Positions 49,894-63,604 of a DNA stretch of 64,000 bases are shown here, piece after piece; position 1 is the stretch's first letter, and every line of letters begins with the position of its first letter. A model generated the notes under the pieces. That model did no database searches. It was not told the DNA's origin and worked only from the letters and a program-made list of their open reading frames with translations. Source of the DNA: an uncultured Gemmatimonadales bacterium (GTDB taxonomy: Bacteria > Gemmatimonadota > Gemmatimonadetes > Longimicrobiales > RSA9); the NCBI GenBank assembly GCA_963816355.1, contig CAWFKH010000004.1:224001-288000 (forward strand), written 5' to 3'. The translations under genes were made by a program, and so were the position numbers.

Positions 49894-50550
49894 GACGCGC
49901 GCCGGGAGGCGGGAGCTGGCGGCCGGCGCGGCGGGTCGGGGCGACGTTCGCGCTCGCCGGCTGCATCGCGGCGGGAGCGTCGCAGCAACCGCTGGTGCCT
50001 CCCGGCTACGGGACGCTGCGGCAGGACGACTTCACGGTCGCGCTTCGGAGCGGTCCGCTGCTGGTGAAGGTGACGCCCCTGGCCGAGTCGGTGATCCGGC
50101 TGGCGGCGCCGGACACGTACACGCGCCTCCACGCGCTGGCGCAACGCTGGAGCGGCGCTGCGCGGCGGGAGGCGTTCTCGGAGGATCCGCCCCTCTTCCT
50201 CGTTTCGTTCTACAGCTACGCGCCGGACGTTCCGTTCCAGCCGGAGGACCTCCAGCTCACGCATCAGGGGCGGCTGCTGCGGCCGGCGGCGATCTTCCCG
50301 CTCACGCCCGGCTGGGGCCAGCAGCGGCTGGAACAGCAGCAGCTGCAGAGCGCGATCTACGTCTTCGGCTCCGATTTCAACTACGAGCTCCCGATCGTGG
50401 TGCGCTACGGGGTGGAACAGAGCGACGGCTGGGGCCGCATCATTCCGACGCTGCAGACGGAGCGGGGCAAGGTGCGGGCGCGCGCCGCTTCCGGAGAGGG
50501 TGGGACGGGCGCGGCGCGGGGCGGCGCCACTTCCACCGGGGCGGTGCCGA

Positions 50551-50576
<26 letters not shown>
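49890..50576 (+). CDS. Hypothetical probable lipoprotein
   Basis: LAGC lipobox; protein-like composition; overlaps the engB stop; no recognised domain. Confidence 0.7.
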
Positions 50577-52180
<1,604 letters not shown>

Positions 52181-52188
<8 letters not shown>

Positions 52189-52723
52189 CGGCGGCGTGCG
52201 GGTCGGCGGGGGCGGCGGCCCGTCCAGCGGCCGGGTGGCGGCCGGTGTCCACGCCGCGGAGCAGTTGGACGGCGTGGCGAAGCAGCGGCTCGAGCACGCG
52301 CAGCCCGTCCTCCACGCCGCCCGGGCTGCCCGGCAGGTTCACGACCAGGCAGCGGCCCCGCACACCGGCCACGCCGCGCGACAGCGCCGCGTGGGGGGTG
52401 GCCGCCGCGCCCGCGGCGCGGATCGCCTCGGCGAGGCCGGGGACCTCGCGCTCGATCGCCGCGCGCGTCGCTTCCGGCGTGACGTCGCGGACGGTGAGCC
52501 CGGTCCCGCCGGTGGTGAGCACGACGTCCGCGGCGCCGGCGTCCGCCCAGCGCACGACGAGCGGTGTGATGCGCTCGGCGTCGTCGCTCACGACGGCGGT
52601 GGCGACGAGGTGGTGGCCGTGGCGCTCGGCCCACGCGGCGACGGCGGGCCCGCCGCGGTCCTCGCGGGCGCCCGCGGCGACCCCGTCGGAGACGGTGAGG
52701 ACGGCGATGCGGAGGGGCTCCAC
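52181..52723 (-). CDS. MogA/MoaB family molybdenum cofactor biosynthesis protein
   Basis: [32 protein letters not shown] 52723. Confidence 0.92.
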
Positions 52724-52730
52724 GGCCGGC

Positions 52731-53843
52731 TCAGCGGCGAATCGAGCCGCCCGTGTAGAACGGCGGGCGCACCACCTCGGCGGCCAGCGCGCGGTCCCGG
52801 ACGAGCACCTCGAGGGCGGTGCCCGGCTCACGCAGATCCGAGGGGACGTACGCCATGCCGATCCCTTCGCCAAGCGTGGGACTGAGGACGCCGCTGGTGA
52901 CCGCTCCGACGACGCGGCCGTCGTGGCGGATCTCGTAGCCGTGGCGGGGAAAGCCGCGCTCCCGGAGGCGGAATCCGACGAGGCGGCGGCCGAGGCCGGA
53001 CTGCTTCTGCGCGGCGAGCGCGTCGCGGCCGTGGAAGTCACCCTTGCCGAGCTTGACCACCCATCCCAGGCCCGCCTCGAGCGGCGTGTGCTGGGGGTCG
53101 AGGTCGTTGCCGTGCAGGATGTAGCCGACTTCGAGGCGGAGCGAGTCGCGCGCGCCGAGCCCGGCGGGAACCAGACCGTCCTCGGAGCCGAGCTCGAGCA
53201 GCCGCCGCCATACGGGGACGGCGTCGTCGGGACGGAGATAGAGCTCGAAACCGTCCTCGCCCGTGTAGCCGGTGCGGCTGATCGTGGCGGCACGGCCGTC
53301 GACGGCGCCGTCGGCGAAGTGGTAGTAGGCGATCGCGTCGAGATCGGCGGACGTCGCCCGGGCGAGGATGCGCTGCGCCTTCGGCCCCTGTATCGCGATC
53401 AGCGCCGTATCGTCGGAAGCATCGGAGAGGCGCGCGTCGAAGGCGTCGGCGTGCTCGACGAACCACGGCCAGTCGACGTCGTGGTTCGCGGCGTTGACGA
53501 CGACCAGGTAGTGGTCCGGGAAGCGGTAGACGAGGCAGTCGTCGAGCGCGCCGCCGTCGTCGTCGCAGATCACGGCGTACTGGGCCTGGCCGACGTCGAG
53601 CGCGGCGACATCGTTGGTGACCATCGACTGCAGGAACGCGAGCGCGCCGGGGCCGCTGACGTGGAACTCGCCCATGTGGGAGACGTCGAAGAGGCCGGCC
53701 GCTTCGCGCACGGCGCGATGCTCGGCGAGGATGCCCGCGGGGTACTGCACCGGCATCTCGAAGCCGGCGAAGGGCACGAGCTTTCCGCCGAGGCGGACGT
53801 GCTCGTCGTGGAGCGGCGTGCGGCGGAGTGCGCCGGTGGTCAT
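52731..53843 (-). CDS. gcvT: Glycine cleavage system aminomethyltransferase T
   Basis: RTPLH, GLFDVSHMG, SRTGYTGEDGFE, GLGARDSLRLE; ATG 53843. Confidence 0.96.
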   Translation of the reverse strand: MTTGALRRTPLHDEHVRLGGKLVPFAGFEMPVQYPAGILAEHRAVREAAGLFDVSHMGEFHVSGPGALAFLQSMVTNDVAALDVGQAQYAVICDDDGGALDDCLVYRFPDHYLVVVNAANHDVDWPWFVEHADAFDARLSDASDDTALIAIQGPKAQRILARATSADLDAIAYYHFADGAVDGRAATISRTGYTGEDGFELYLRPDDAVPVWRRLLELGSEDGLVPAGLGARDSLRLEVGYILHGNDLDPQHTPLEAGLGWVVKLGKGDFHGRDALAAQKQSGLGRRLVGFRLRERGFPRHGYEIRHDGRVVGAVTSGVLSPTLGEGIGMAYVPSDLREPGTALEVLVRDRALAAEVVRPPFYTGGSIRR

Positions 53844-53854
53844 CGTCCCCTCCC

Positions 53855-54763
53855 TCACGAGCCCATGAGACGGGCGAGCAGCGCCTTCTGCGCGTGCAAC
53901 CGGTTCTCCGCCTGATCGAACACGCGCGACTGCGTCCCTTCGAAGACCGCTTCCGAGACCTCCTCGCCGCGGTGGGCCGGCAGGCAGTGCAGGAAGATCG
54001 AGCCGGAGGCGGTCTTCGCCATCAGCGTCGCGTCGACCTGGAAGCCGGCGAACGCGGTGCGGCGCGCGTCCGCCTCCCCCTCCTGGCCCATCGACGCCCA
54101 CACGTCCGTGTTGACCACTTCCGCGCCGGCCGCGGCCTCGGCGGGGTCGCGGGTGAGCACGACGGTGGTGGCGGCGCGGGCGACCTCGAGGATCCGCGGA
54201 TCGGGGTCGTAGCCCTCGGGGCAGGCGAGGCGCAGCTCGAAGCCGAAGCGGGCGGCGGCGTTGAGCCAGGAGTTCGCCATGTTGTTGCCGTCACCGATCC
54301 ACGCGATGCGGCGCGGCGCGAGGTCCTCGCCGAACACCTCCTGCACGGTCATGACGTCGGTGAGCACCTGGCACGGGTGGAGCAGGTCGGTGAGGGCGTT
54401 GATCACCGGCACCGTCGCATACGACGCGAGCTCCTCGACAACATCCTGCCCGAACGTGCGGATCATGATCCCGTCCACGAAGCGGGAGAGGACGCGGGCG
54501 GTGTCGCGGATCGGCTCGCCGCGGCCGATCTGGATGTCGCGCGACGAGAGGAAGAGGGCGTGTCCACCGAGCTCGAAGGTGCCGACCTCGAAGGAGACAC
54601 GGGTGCGGGTCGAGCTTTTCTCGAAGATCATGGCGAGGGTGCGGCCTTCCAGGGGCCGCTCACCGTAGGCGCCCTCCTTCATCCGACGCGCCAGCCGCAG
54701 GATCTCGTACAGCTCCTCCGTCGAGAAGTCCGAAACGGCGAGAAAGTCTCTCTTGTCCGACAT
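53855..54763 (-). CDS. argF: Ornithine carbamoyltransferase
   Basis: SSTRT, HPCQ, SMG, HCLP. Confidence 0.96.
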   Translation of the reverse strand: MSDKRDFLAVSDFSTEELYEILRLARRMKEGAYGERPLEGRTLAMIFEKSSTRTRVSFEVGTFELGGHALFLSSRDIQIGRGEPIRDTARVLSRFVDGIMIRTFGQDVVEELASYATVPVINALTDLLHPCQVLTDVMTVQEVFGEDLAPRRIAWIGDGNNMANSWLNAAARFGFELRLACPEGYDPDPRILEVARAATTVVLTRDPAEAAAGAEVVNTDVWASMGQEGEADARRTAFAGFQVDATLMAKTASGSIFLHCLPAHRGEEVSEAVFEGTQSRVFDQAENRLHAQKALLARLMGS

Positions 54764-54858
54764 CGTCCCCGGGATGAGGCGGTGGCCGCATGGCCGTCCG
54801 CGCGGTTCGCGGCCGACCGAATTCCGCCCGGAAGGTATTGGGCCGCCGCGCCGAGCGC

Positions 54859-54899
54859 GAGAGCGCGCCGTGAGAGCGGGAGAGCGCGCCGTGAGAGCG
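54859..54899. repeat. 2 x 21-bp tandem repeat in the hslU-argF spacer
   Basis: GAGAGCGCGCCGTGAGAGCG at 54859 and 54880. Confidence 0.8.
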
Positions 54900-54901
54900 C
54901 G

Positions 54902-56494
<1,593 letters not shown>

Positions 56495-56497
56495 CGT

Positions 56498-57037
56498 CTA
56501 TTCTTCCAGCTCCAGGATGGTGATGTTCCGGTTCGTGTAGATGCAGATGTCGCCCGCGATCTCGAGGGCGCGGCGGGCGATGTCGGGCGCCGCGAGCGTC
56601 GAGGCGCCCTTGAGCGCGCGCGCAGCCGCGAGCGCATAGCCGCCGCCGCTGCCGATGGCGACGACGTCGTCGTCCGGCTCGATCACGTTGCCGTCCCCGG
56701 TGAGGACGAAGACGTGGTCGCGGTCGGCGACGACGAGGGCGGCGTCGAGGCGGCGCAGGTAGCGATCGGTGCGCCACTCGCGCGCGAGCTCGACGGCGGC
56801 GCGCGGCAGGTTGCCGGGGTAGCGCTCGAGCTTCTCCTCGAACTTGCTGAAGAGCGTGAAGGCGTCGGCGACGGAGCCGGCGAAGCCCGCGAGGATCTTC
56901 CCGTCCTTGAGCTTGCGGACCTTCTGGGCGCTCGCCTTCATGACCGTCTCGCCCAGCGTGACCTGACCGTCGCCTCCGACGGCGACGCGGCCGTCGTGCC
57001 GCACGGCGACGATGGTGGTCGCTCTCATCTCGCTCAT
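56498..57037 (-). CDS. hslV: HslV protease subunit
   Basis: Propeptide followed by TTIVAV; GDGQVT, GFAGS, IGSGG, CIYTN. Confidence 0.97.
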   Translation of the reverse strand: MSEMRATTIVAVRHDGRVAVGGDGQVTLGETVMKASAQKVRKLKDGKILAGFAGSVADAFTLFSKFEEKLERYPGNLPRAAVELAREWRTDRYLRRLDAALVVADRDHVFVLTGDGNVIEPDDDVVAIGSGGGYALAAARALKGASTLAAPDIARRALEIAGDICIYTNRNITILELEE

Positions 57038-57129
57038 CCACCCCTCCTCATGCGTATTGATTACCCCCCGCGGCCGGGCGGTTCCAGACTGGGGAATGTA
57101 ACCGGGGCGGCAGCGGCGCGCGCGTGCCT

Positions 57130-58065
57130 TCAGGCGCGCGGGTGCGCCTGGTCGTAGACGCGCTTGAGGTGCTCCTTCGAGGTGTGCGTGTAGATGCGGG
57201 TGGTGGAGAGTGAGACGTGGCCGAGCAGGTCCTTGACGGCGATCAGGTCCGCGCCGGCGTCGAGCAGGTGGGTGGCGAAGGAGTGGCGGAGCGAGTGGGT
57301 CGACACGTCGGCGTCGGCGGCGATCCGCCCGAGCACCTCGCCGACGATGTTCTGGAGCTGGCGGTGCGAGAGGCGTCGGCCCCGCTCCGAGACGAAGGCG
57401 GCGCGCTCGTCCTCCGCGGAGCGCGGCACTTCGGCGCGGCGCAGCTCGTAGCGACGCAGCGCCCGCACGGCGGCGCCACCGAGGGGCACGAGGCGCTCCT
57501 TGCGGCCCTTGCCGAGCACGCGAGCCTGATCGCCGACGAGGTCGAGATCGCTCCAGTCGAGACGCTGCAGCTCCGAGAGCCGCATACCGGTCGCGTAGAA
57601 GGTCTCCAGGATGGCGAGGTCACGCGTGCCGCGGAAGTCGTTGTCGGCGGCGCGGCTCTCGGCGGCGACGAAGAGGCGGTCGATGTCGGCGCGGGAAAGC
57701 CAGGCGGGGAGGGTGCGCTCGAGCTTGGGCGAGCGAACGGTGCGCGCCGGGTTGGCCTCGACGACGCCTTCGCGGTGAAGGAAGCGGAAGAGCGAGCGCA
57801 CGGCGGACAGCTTGCGCGCGATGCTGCGGCGCGCGAGCCCGCGCCGCGTCAGCTCGCCGAGGAAGCCACGCAGCGTGAGCCGGTCGATGCCTCCCCAGCT
57901 CCATCCCTCGGCCCCGTAGTAGCGGGCGAGGAAGCGGGTGAACTCGGCGAGGTCCCGGCGGTACGCGGCGACGGTGTGGGCGCTGAGCTGGCGGCCGTCC
58001 TCGATATGGCGGAGGAACGCCGCGACGGAGGCGTCGCGCGGCTCGCTCGACGGCGGGACCGTCAT
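57130..58065 (-). CDS. xerC: Tyrosine recombinase XerC
   Basis: [28 protein letters not shown]...TTRIYTH; housekeeping context; ATG 58065. Confidence 0.92.
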   Translation of the reverse strand: MTVPPSSEPRDASVAAFLRHIEDGRQLSAHTVAAYRRDLAEFTRFLARYYGAEGWSWGGIDRLTLRGFLGELTRRGLARRSIARKLSAVRSLFRFLHREGVVEANPARTVRSPKLERTLPAWLSRADIDRLFVAAESRAADNDFRGTRDLAILETFYATGMRLSELQRLDWSDLDLVGDQARVLGKGRKERLVPLGGAAVRALRRYELRRAEVPRSAEDERAAFVSERGRRLSHRQLQNIVGEVLGRIAADADVSTHSLRHSFATHLLDAGADLIAVKDLLGHVSLSTTRIYTHTSKEHLKRVYDQAHPRA

Positions 58066-59405
58066 GCGGCGGCGCCTGCGTGGAGCGTCGCCGGCTCGAT
58101 GCCGTGCTCCTCCATCCAGCCGGCGAGGGCGGCGGCGGCGATCTCGGCGGTGCGCTCGCGCCGCGCGCGCTTGTCGCGGATCCTCTCCGGCGGCGTGTCG
58201 ATCAGCCCGAAGTTGGAGTTCATCGGCTGGAACGCGCCCGGTTTCGCCTCGCGCAGGTAGCGGTAGAGGCCGCCGATCATGGTGGTGGGCGGCGGCAGCA
58301 CCGCATCGAGCCCGCGCAGCAGGCGGTCGAGGTTGAGGCCGGCGAGGATGCCGGAGGCGGCGGACTCCGTGTAGCCCTCGACGCCGGTGAGCTGTCCCGC
58401 GACGAGCAGATCGGGTCGTCCGCGCGGCGCGCCGCAGGGCGTGAGCACCGCGGGGAAGTTCAGGTAAGTGTTGCGGTGGATCGAGCCGGTGCGCAGGAAC
58501 TCGGCGTCGCGCAGTGCGGGGATCATGCGGAAGACGCGGCGCTGTTCGCCGGTGCGGAGCCGCGTCTGAAAGCCGACGAGGTTCCACATGCGCCCGTCGG
58601 TGTCCTCGCGGCGCAACTGGAGCACGGCCCAGGGGCGGCGGCCGGTGCGCGGATCGCGGAGCCCGACCGGCTTCATCGGTCCGAAGCGGAGCGAGTCGGC
58701 GCCGCGCTCCGCCATCACCTCGATCGGCAGGCAGCCCTCGAAGTAGGGGATCGCCTCCCAGTCGTGACCGGGATAGACGTCTGCGGCGCGCAGCTCGCGA
58801 ACGAAGGTGTCGTAGCCTTCGCGGTCGAGCGGGCAGTTGAGGTAGTCGTCGCCCTCGCCTTTGCCGTAGCGGGAGGCGAGGAAGGCGTGCTCCATGTCGA
58901 CGGAGTCGCCCGCGACGATCGGCGCGATCGAGTCGTAGAACGCGAGGCCTTCGTCGTCGACCAGGAGGGCGAGCGCGGCGGCGAGAGGCCCGGAGGTGAG
59001 CGGGCCGGTGGCGAGGACCGCCGGCCCCGGTGGCAGCTCGCGCGCCTCCTCGCGCCGGACGGTGATGCGCGGGTGCGTGTGGACGAGCTCCGTCATGCGG
59101 GCTGCGAAGGCATCGCGGTCGACCGCGAGCGCGGAGCCGGCGGCGACGCGGGTGTCGTCGGCCGCAGCGAGGAGCAGCGAGCCGAGGGCGCGCATCTCCC
59201 GCTTCAGCAGGCCGTGCGCGTTGGCCGGGTCCTCGCTCTTGAAGGAGTTCGTGCAGACGAGCTCGGCGAGGCGATCGGTGCGGTGCGCCTCGGTGGAGCG
59301 CGCGGGCCGCATCTCGAGCAGGACGACGTCGTGACCGCGCGACGCGAGCTGCGAGGCGGCCTCGCAGCCCGCCAGCCCGCCGCCGATCACGGTGACGTCC
59401 GCCAC
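58062..59405 (-). CDS. trmFO: tRNA (uracil-5)-methyltransferase TrmFO
   Basis: IGGGLAGCEAA, ELVCTNSF, YFEGCLPIE, HRNTY, GQLTGVEGY, FQPMN; GTG 59405. Confidence 0.96.
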   Translation of the reverse strand: MADVTVIGGGLAGCEAASQLASRGHDVVLLEMRPARSTEAHRTDRLAELVCTNSFKSEDPANAHGLLKREMRALGSLLLAAADDTRVAAGSALAVDRDAFAARMTELVHTHPRITVRREEARELPPGPAVLATGPLTSGPLAAALALLVDDEGLAFYDSIAPIVAGDSVDMEHAFLASRYGKGEGDDYLNCPLDREGYDTFVRELRAADVYPGHDWEAIPYFEGCLPIEVMAERGADSLRFGPMKPVGLRDPRTGRRPWAVLQLRREDTDGRMWNLVGFQTRLRTGEQRRVFRMIPALRDAEFLRTGSIHRNTYLNFPAVLTPCGAPRGRPDLLVAGQLTGVEGYTESAASGILAGLNLDRLLRGLDAVLPPPTTMIGGLYRYLREAKPGAFQPMNSNFGLIDTPPERIRDKRARRERTAEIAAAALAGWMEEHGIEPATLHAGAAA

Positions 59406-59406
59406 G

Positions 59407-61743
59407 TCACGCCTCCGCGGGGCCGTCGTCGCTGGCTTCGTCGCCGGCTTCCTCGTCGCCGCCGCCCACGCTGGCGGGCGCGAACTCGCCCTTGCAGGTG
59501 AGGCATTTGAGGAACTCGCCGCGCGCCTTCGTGCTCTTGCGGACGAGGAAGGGCACGCCGCAGTCGGGGCACGGCTCGGCGACCGGCTCGTCCCAGGTCG
59601 ACCAGTCGCACTCGGGATAGCGGGTGCAGCCCCAGAACGGCTTGCCGCGCCGCGTCCGCTTCTCCGCCACGCCGCCCTCGCCGCACTTGGGGCAGGTGAG
59701 GCCGGGGATGGTCCACGGCTGCGTGTGCTTGCACTTCGGGTAGTTGCTGCACGCGATGAAGGGGCCGTAGCGGCCCTGCCTGACGACGAGCTCGGCGCCG
59801 CACTTGGGGCACTTCTCGCCGATCGGCTTCGGCTCCTCGCGCTCCTCGCCTTCGAGCGGCTGGGTGTGGCGGCAGTCGGGGTAGCCGGTGCAGGCAAGGA
59901 AGCGGCCGCGGCGGCCCCACTTGACCTGCATCGGCTTGCCGCACTCGGGGCACGTCTGGTCGCCGGTCTGCACGACCTCGCGCAGCACGTCCTCGGTGCG
60001 CTCCTCGCTCGCGCTGAGCCGTTCCTGGAAGGGGCCGTAGAAGTCCGAGAGGACGCTGCGCCAGTCGAGGGCGCCTTCCTCGATGCGGTCGAGCTCGTTC
60101 TCCATCTCGCTGGTGAAGGAGACGTTGAAGAGGTCGGGGAAGAGACGGACGAGGACACCGGCGACGGTCTCTCCGAGCGGCGTCGGATGGAAGCGCTTCT
60201 GCTCCAGCTCGGCGTAGTGGCGATCGAGCAGGGTCGAGATGATCTGGGCGTAGGTGGACGGGCGGCCGATCCCCTGCTTCTCGAGCTCCTTGACCAGGCT
60301 CGCCTCGCTGAAGCGGGGCGGCGGCTGGGTGAAATGCTGCTCCGGCCGGATCTCGCGCAGGTCGCAGCCGTCGCCGGGCTCGAGGTAGGGCAGCGCGGCC
60401 TCGTCGTCAAGGGTGCGGTGGTCGCCGTCCTCGCGCGCCTCGCGATAGAGGCGGGTGAAGCCGTCGAACTTCATGACGGAGCCGGTGGCGCGGAAGAGGT
60501 AGCGCGGCGTGCCGTCGCGGCCGAGGTCGAAGTCGACGGTGGTCGTGTCGTAGACGGCGCTTTCCATCTGGCCGGCGACGAAGCGGAGCCAGACGAGCTC
60601 GTAGAGGCGGGCCTGGTCGCGGTCGAGGTAGCGACGGACCTCGTCGGGATGGCGCGCCGCGTCGGTGGGGCGGATCGCTTCGTGCGCCTCCTGCGCGCCC
60701 TTCTGCTGCTTGCCGCCGTAGAGGCGGCCGTTCTTCGGCAGGTAGCGCTCGCCGAAGGCGTGCTCGATCCACGCGCGGGCGCCGTCGACGGCCTGTCGCC
60801 CGACGCGGGTCGAGTCGGTCCGCATGTAGGTGATGAGGCCGGCGGAGCCCTCGCCGCCGAGATCGACGCCCTCGTAGAGCTGCTGCGCCGTGCGCATGGT
60901 GCGCTTGGCGGAGAAGCCGAGCCGCTTGGCCGCCTCCTGCTGCAGGGTGGAGGTGGTGAAGGGCGCGGGCGGGTTCTTGCGCTTCTCGCGGCGCTTGACG
61001 TCCGTGACGGAGAACGGCAGGCCGTCGATGTCGCTCAGGACGCGAGCAGCGGCGGCCTCGTTCTCGAGCGTGAAGGAGTGGCCGTCGATGTGGTGGAGCT
61101 TGGCCTCGAAGCGCTCGTCGTGCGCCTCGAGGTGCGCCGTGATCGACCAGTACTCCTGGGCGACGAAGGCGCGGATCTCGACCTCGCGCTCGACGATCAG
61201 CCGCAGCGCGACCGTCTGCACGCGTCCGGCGCTCAGGCCGGGACGGATCGGCTTCCACAGGATCGGGCTGACCTGATAGCCGACGAGGCGGTCGAGGATG
61301 CGGCGCGCCTGCTGCGCCTCGACCTTGCGCATGTCCAGCTTGATGGGGCGCTCGAGCGCGTCGTGGATGGCGTCGCGGGTGATCTCGTGGAAGAGGACGC
61401 GGCGGAAGCGGTCGCCGTCGCGGCCGTCGTAGCCGAGCTGCTCGGCGACGTGATAGGCGATCGCCTCCCCCTCGCGGTCGGGGTCGGTGGCGAGGAGGAT
61501 CTCCTCGGCCGCGTTCGCCTCGCGACGCAGGTCCTGGATGATGCGACCCTTGCCGCGGATCGTGACGTACTTCGGCTCGAAGCCGTGCTCGACGTCGACG
61601 CCCAGCTCGCGCTGGGGCAGGTCCCGGATGTGGCCCACCGAGGCCTTGACGCTGTAGCCCTTCCCCAGGTACTTGCCGATCGTGCGCGCCTTCGCCGGCG
61701 ATTCGACGATGACGAGCCTGCCCGCCCTGCCGCTTCGTGCCAT
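59407..61743 (-). CDS. topA: DNA topoisomerase I
   Basis: IVESPAKA, DPDREGE, SAGRVQ, ITYMRTDS, C-terminal Cys4 zinc ribbons. Confidence 0.98.
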   Translation of the reverse strand: MARSGRAGRLVIVESPAKARTIGKYLGKGYSVKASVGHIRDLPQRELGVDVEHGFEPKYVTIRGKGRIIQDLRREANAAEEILLATDPDREGEAIAYHVAEQLGYDGRDGDRFRRVLFHEITRDAIHDALERPIKLDMRKVEAQQARRILDRLVGYQVSPILWKPIRPGLSAGRVQTVALRLIVEREVEIRAFVAQEYWSITAHLEAHDERFEAKLHHIDGHSFTLENEAAAARVLSDIDGLPFSVTDVKRREKRKNPPAPFTTSTLQQEAAKRLGFSAKRTMRTAQQLYEGVDLGGEGSAGLITYMRTDSTRVGRQAVDGARAWIEHAFGERYLPKNGRLYGGKQQKGAQEAHEAIRPTDAARHPDEVRRYLDRDQARLYELVWLRFVAGQMESAVYDTTTVDFDLGRDGTPRYLFRATGSVMKFDGFTRLYREAREDGDHRTLDDEAALPYLEPGDGCDLREIRPEQHFTQPPPRFSEASLVKELEKQGIGRPSTYAQIISTLLDRHYAELEQKRFHPTPLGETVAGVLVRLFPDLFNVSFTSEMENELDRIEEGALDWRSVLSDFYGPFQERLSASEERTEDVLREVVQTGDQTCPECGKPMQVKWGRRGRFLACTGYPDCRHTQPLEGEEREEPKPIGEKCPKCGAELVVRQGRYGPFIACSNYPKCKHTQPWTIPGLTCPKCGEGGVAEKRTRRGKPFWGCTRYPECDWSTWDEPVAEPCPDCGVPFLVRKSTKARGEFLKCLTCKGEFAPASVGGGDEEAGDEASDDGPAEA

Positions 61744-61765
61744 TCGCTCTCCGTTGTTCAACGTC

Positions 61766-62302
61766 TCAGAGCGCCACCGCGTCGAGTCGTGCGACGACGT
61801 CCGTCACCACCTCGACCACGTCACGCCCATCCGTCTCCACCGCGAAATCGGCCTTCCGGTACTCCGCCTCGCGCGCCGCGAGCAGCGCGCGGGCCGCCCG
61901 GAGCGGATCGGCCGCGTCCAGCAGCGGCCGCGTCACGCCGCTCGACGCCGCCCGCCGCACCGCTTCCTCGGCGGAGACGCGCAGCCAGACGACGACGCTG
62001 CCCTCGCGCACGGTGTCGAGGAGTCCCGGCTCCGCGACCCAGCCGCCGCCCGGCGCGATCACGAGCAGGCCCCGCGCGGCGGCGGCGGCGAGGTCCGCCG
62101 TCGCCTCCGCTTCCAGCCGCCGGAACGCCGCCTCGCCTTCCGCGGCGAAGATCTCGGCGATCGTGCGGCCGGCGCGCGCCTCGATCAGGTCGTCGAGGTC
62201 CACGAAGCGGCCGCCGAGCCGCTCGGCGAGGCGAGCGCCCACGGTGGACTTGCCCGCGGCCATGAAGCCGACGAGCACGATGCGGCGGACGTCGGGCTTC
62301 AC
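61766..62302 (-). CDS. aroK: Shikimate kinase
   Basis: GFMAAGKST, DLD, GEAAFRRLE, GGG, RPLL. Confidence 0.93.
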   Translation of the reverse strand: MKPDVRRIVLVGFMAAGKSTVGARLAERLGGRFVDLDDLIEARAGRTIAEIFAAEGEAAFRRLEAEATADLAAAAARGLLVIAPGGGWVAEPGLLDTVREGSVVVWLRVSAEEAVRRAASSGVTRPLLDAADPLRAARALLAAREAEYRKADFAVETDGRDVVEVVTDVVARLDAVAL

Positions 62303-63507
62303 TCGCGGCGCGGCCTGCGCGACTCCAGCGACCCGAGATACCCCTCGAAGTTCCGCCGCATCTCGGCGAGGGAGTCGCCGCCGAACTTCTCGAGCATCGC
62401 GTCCGCCAGGACGATCGCGACCATCGCTTCGCCGACGACGCCGGCGGCGGCGAGCGCAACGACGTCGCTGCGCTCGCGGATCGCGTCCGCGGGATCGCCG
62501 GACGTGAGGTCGACGCTCCGGAGCGGACGCATGAGCGAGGAGAGCGGCTTCATCGCGACGCGCACGACGACCGGCTCGCCGGTGGTGGTGCCGCCCTCCA
62601 GGCCGCCGGCGTTGTTGGATGTGCGATGGTACCCGCCCGTGCGCAGGCGGTTCGGCGCGTACTCGATCTCGTCGTGTACCTCCGAGCCGAAGCGGCGGGC
62701 GGCGTCGAAGCCCATGCCGATCTCGACGCCCTTCATCGCCTGGATGGACATGAGGGCGCCGGCGAGGCGGCCGTCGAGGCGGCGGTCCCAGGCGACGTGG
62801 CTGCCGAGCCCGACCGGCGCTCCGCGCGCGACCACCTCGAATACGCCGCCGAGCGTGTTGCCCTCGCGCTGCGCGTCGTCGATCAGCTCGATCATGCGCC
62901 GCTCGGCGTCGGCGTCGAGCGTGCGCAGCGGCGAGGCGTCCGCGGCGGCGTTCAGGTCCGCCGGGAGCGAGGCGCGATCGACGCTCGCCTCGACGGAGCC
63001 GAGGCGGACGATGTGGCTGCCGACGGTGATGTCGAACGCGGCGAGCAGGCGCTTCGCGATGGCGCCGGCGGCGACGCGCGCGGTGGTCTCACGGGCCGAG
63101 GCGCGCTCCAGGATGTCGCGCGCGTCGCCGCGTCCGTACTTGAGGACGCCGACGAGGTCGGCGTGGCCGGGGCGTGGGAGGTGGACGCGGCGCAGCTCCT
63201 CGTCCGTGGCGCCTTGCGCGGGCGGCTCGGCGGCCATCGGGACGCGCCAGTTGTCCCAGTCGCGGTTCCACACGAGGAGCGCGATCGGCGCTCCGATCGT
63301 CTCGCCGAGGCGGATGCCGGCGAGGACCTCGGCGCGGTCACGCTCGATCTTCATGCGGCCGCCGCGGCCGTAGCCGCCCTGCCGCCGCTTCAGCTCGGGG
63401 TCGACGTCGCGCTCGACGACGAGGTCGAGCCCGGCGGGCACGCCCTCGACGAGCGTGACGAGGCCGCGGCCGTGGGATTCGCCCGCCGTCCGGAACCGGA
63501 ATCGCAT
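62299..63507 (-). CDS. aroC: Chorismate synthase
   Basis: TAGESHG, RPGHAD, ERASARET, GGLEGG, ERSD; ATG 63507. Confidence 0.97.
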   Translation of the reverse strand: MRFRFRTAGESHGRGLVTLVEGVPAGLDLVVERDVDPELKRRQGGYGRGGRMKIERDRAEVLAGIRLGETIGAPIALLVWNRDWDNWRVPMAAEPPAQGATDEELRRVHLPRPGHADLVGVLKYGRGDARDILERASARETTARVAAGAIAKRLLAAFDITVGSHIVRLGSVEASVDRASLPADLNAAADASPLRTLDADAERRMIELIDDAQREGNTLGGVFEVVARGAPVGLGSHVAWDRRLDGRLAGALMSIQAMKGVEIGMGFDAARRFGSEVHDEIEYAPNRLRTGGYHRTSNNAGGLEGGTTTGEPVVVRVAMKPLSSLMRPLRSVDLTSGDPADAIRERSDVVALAAAGVVGEAMVAIVLADAMLEKFGGDSLAEMRRNFEGYLGSLESRRPRRE

Positions 63508-63604
63508 GGTCAAACCGGGCTGAGGAAGCGTTGCCGTGGGGTCGCGACCGCGACCCGCAAGCGAGAGAGCCCGGCACGTGCCGGGCTCTCCGCAGAACGA
63601 GGCT

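Noticed and set aside
57055..57105. ECF-type (GGAAC-N16-GTAA) or sigma70 -10 (TACATT) promoter before hslV
   Set aside because: Matches are too short to assign a sigma factor without TSS data.
57130..58065. Tyrosine recombinase as a prophage or island integrase
   Set aside because: XerC-like size and motifs, conserved trmFO-xerC-hslV context, no att sites or cargo.
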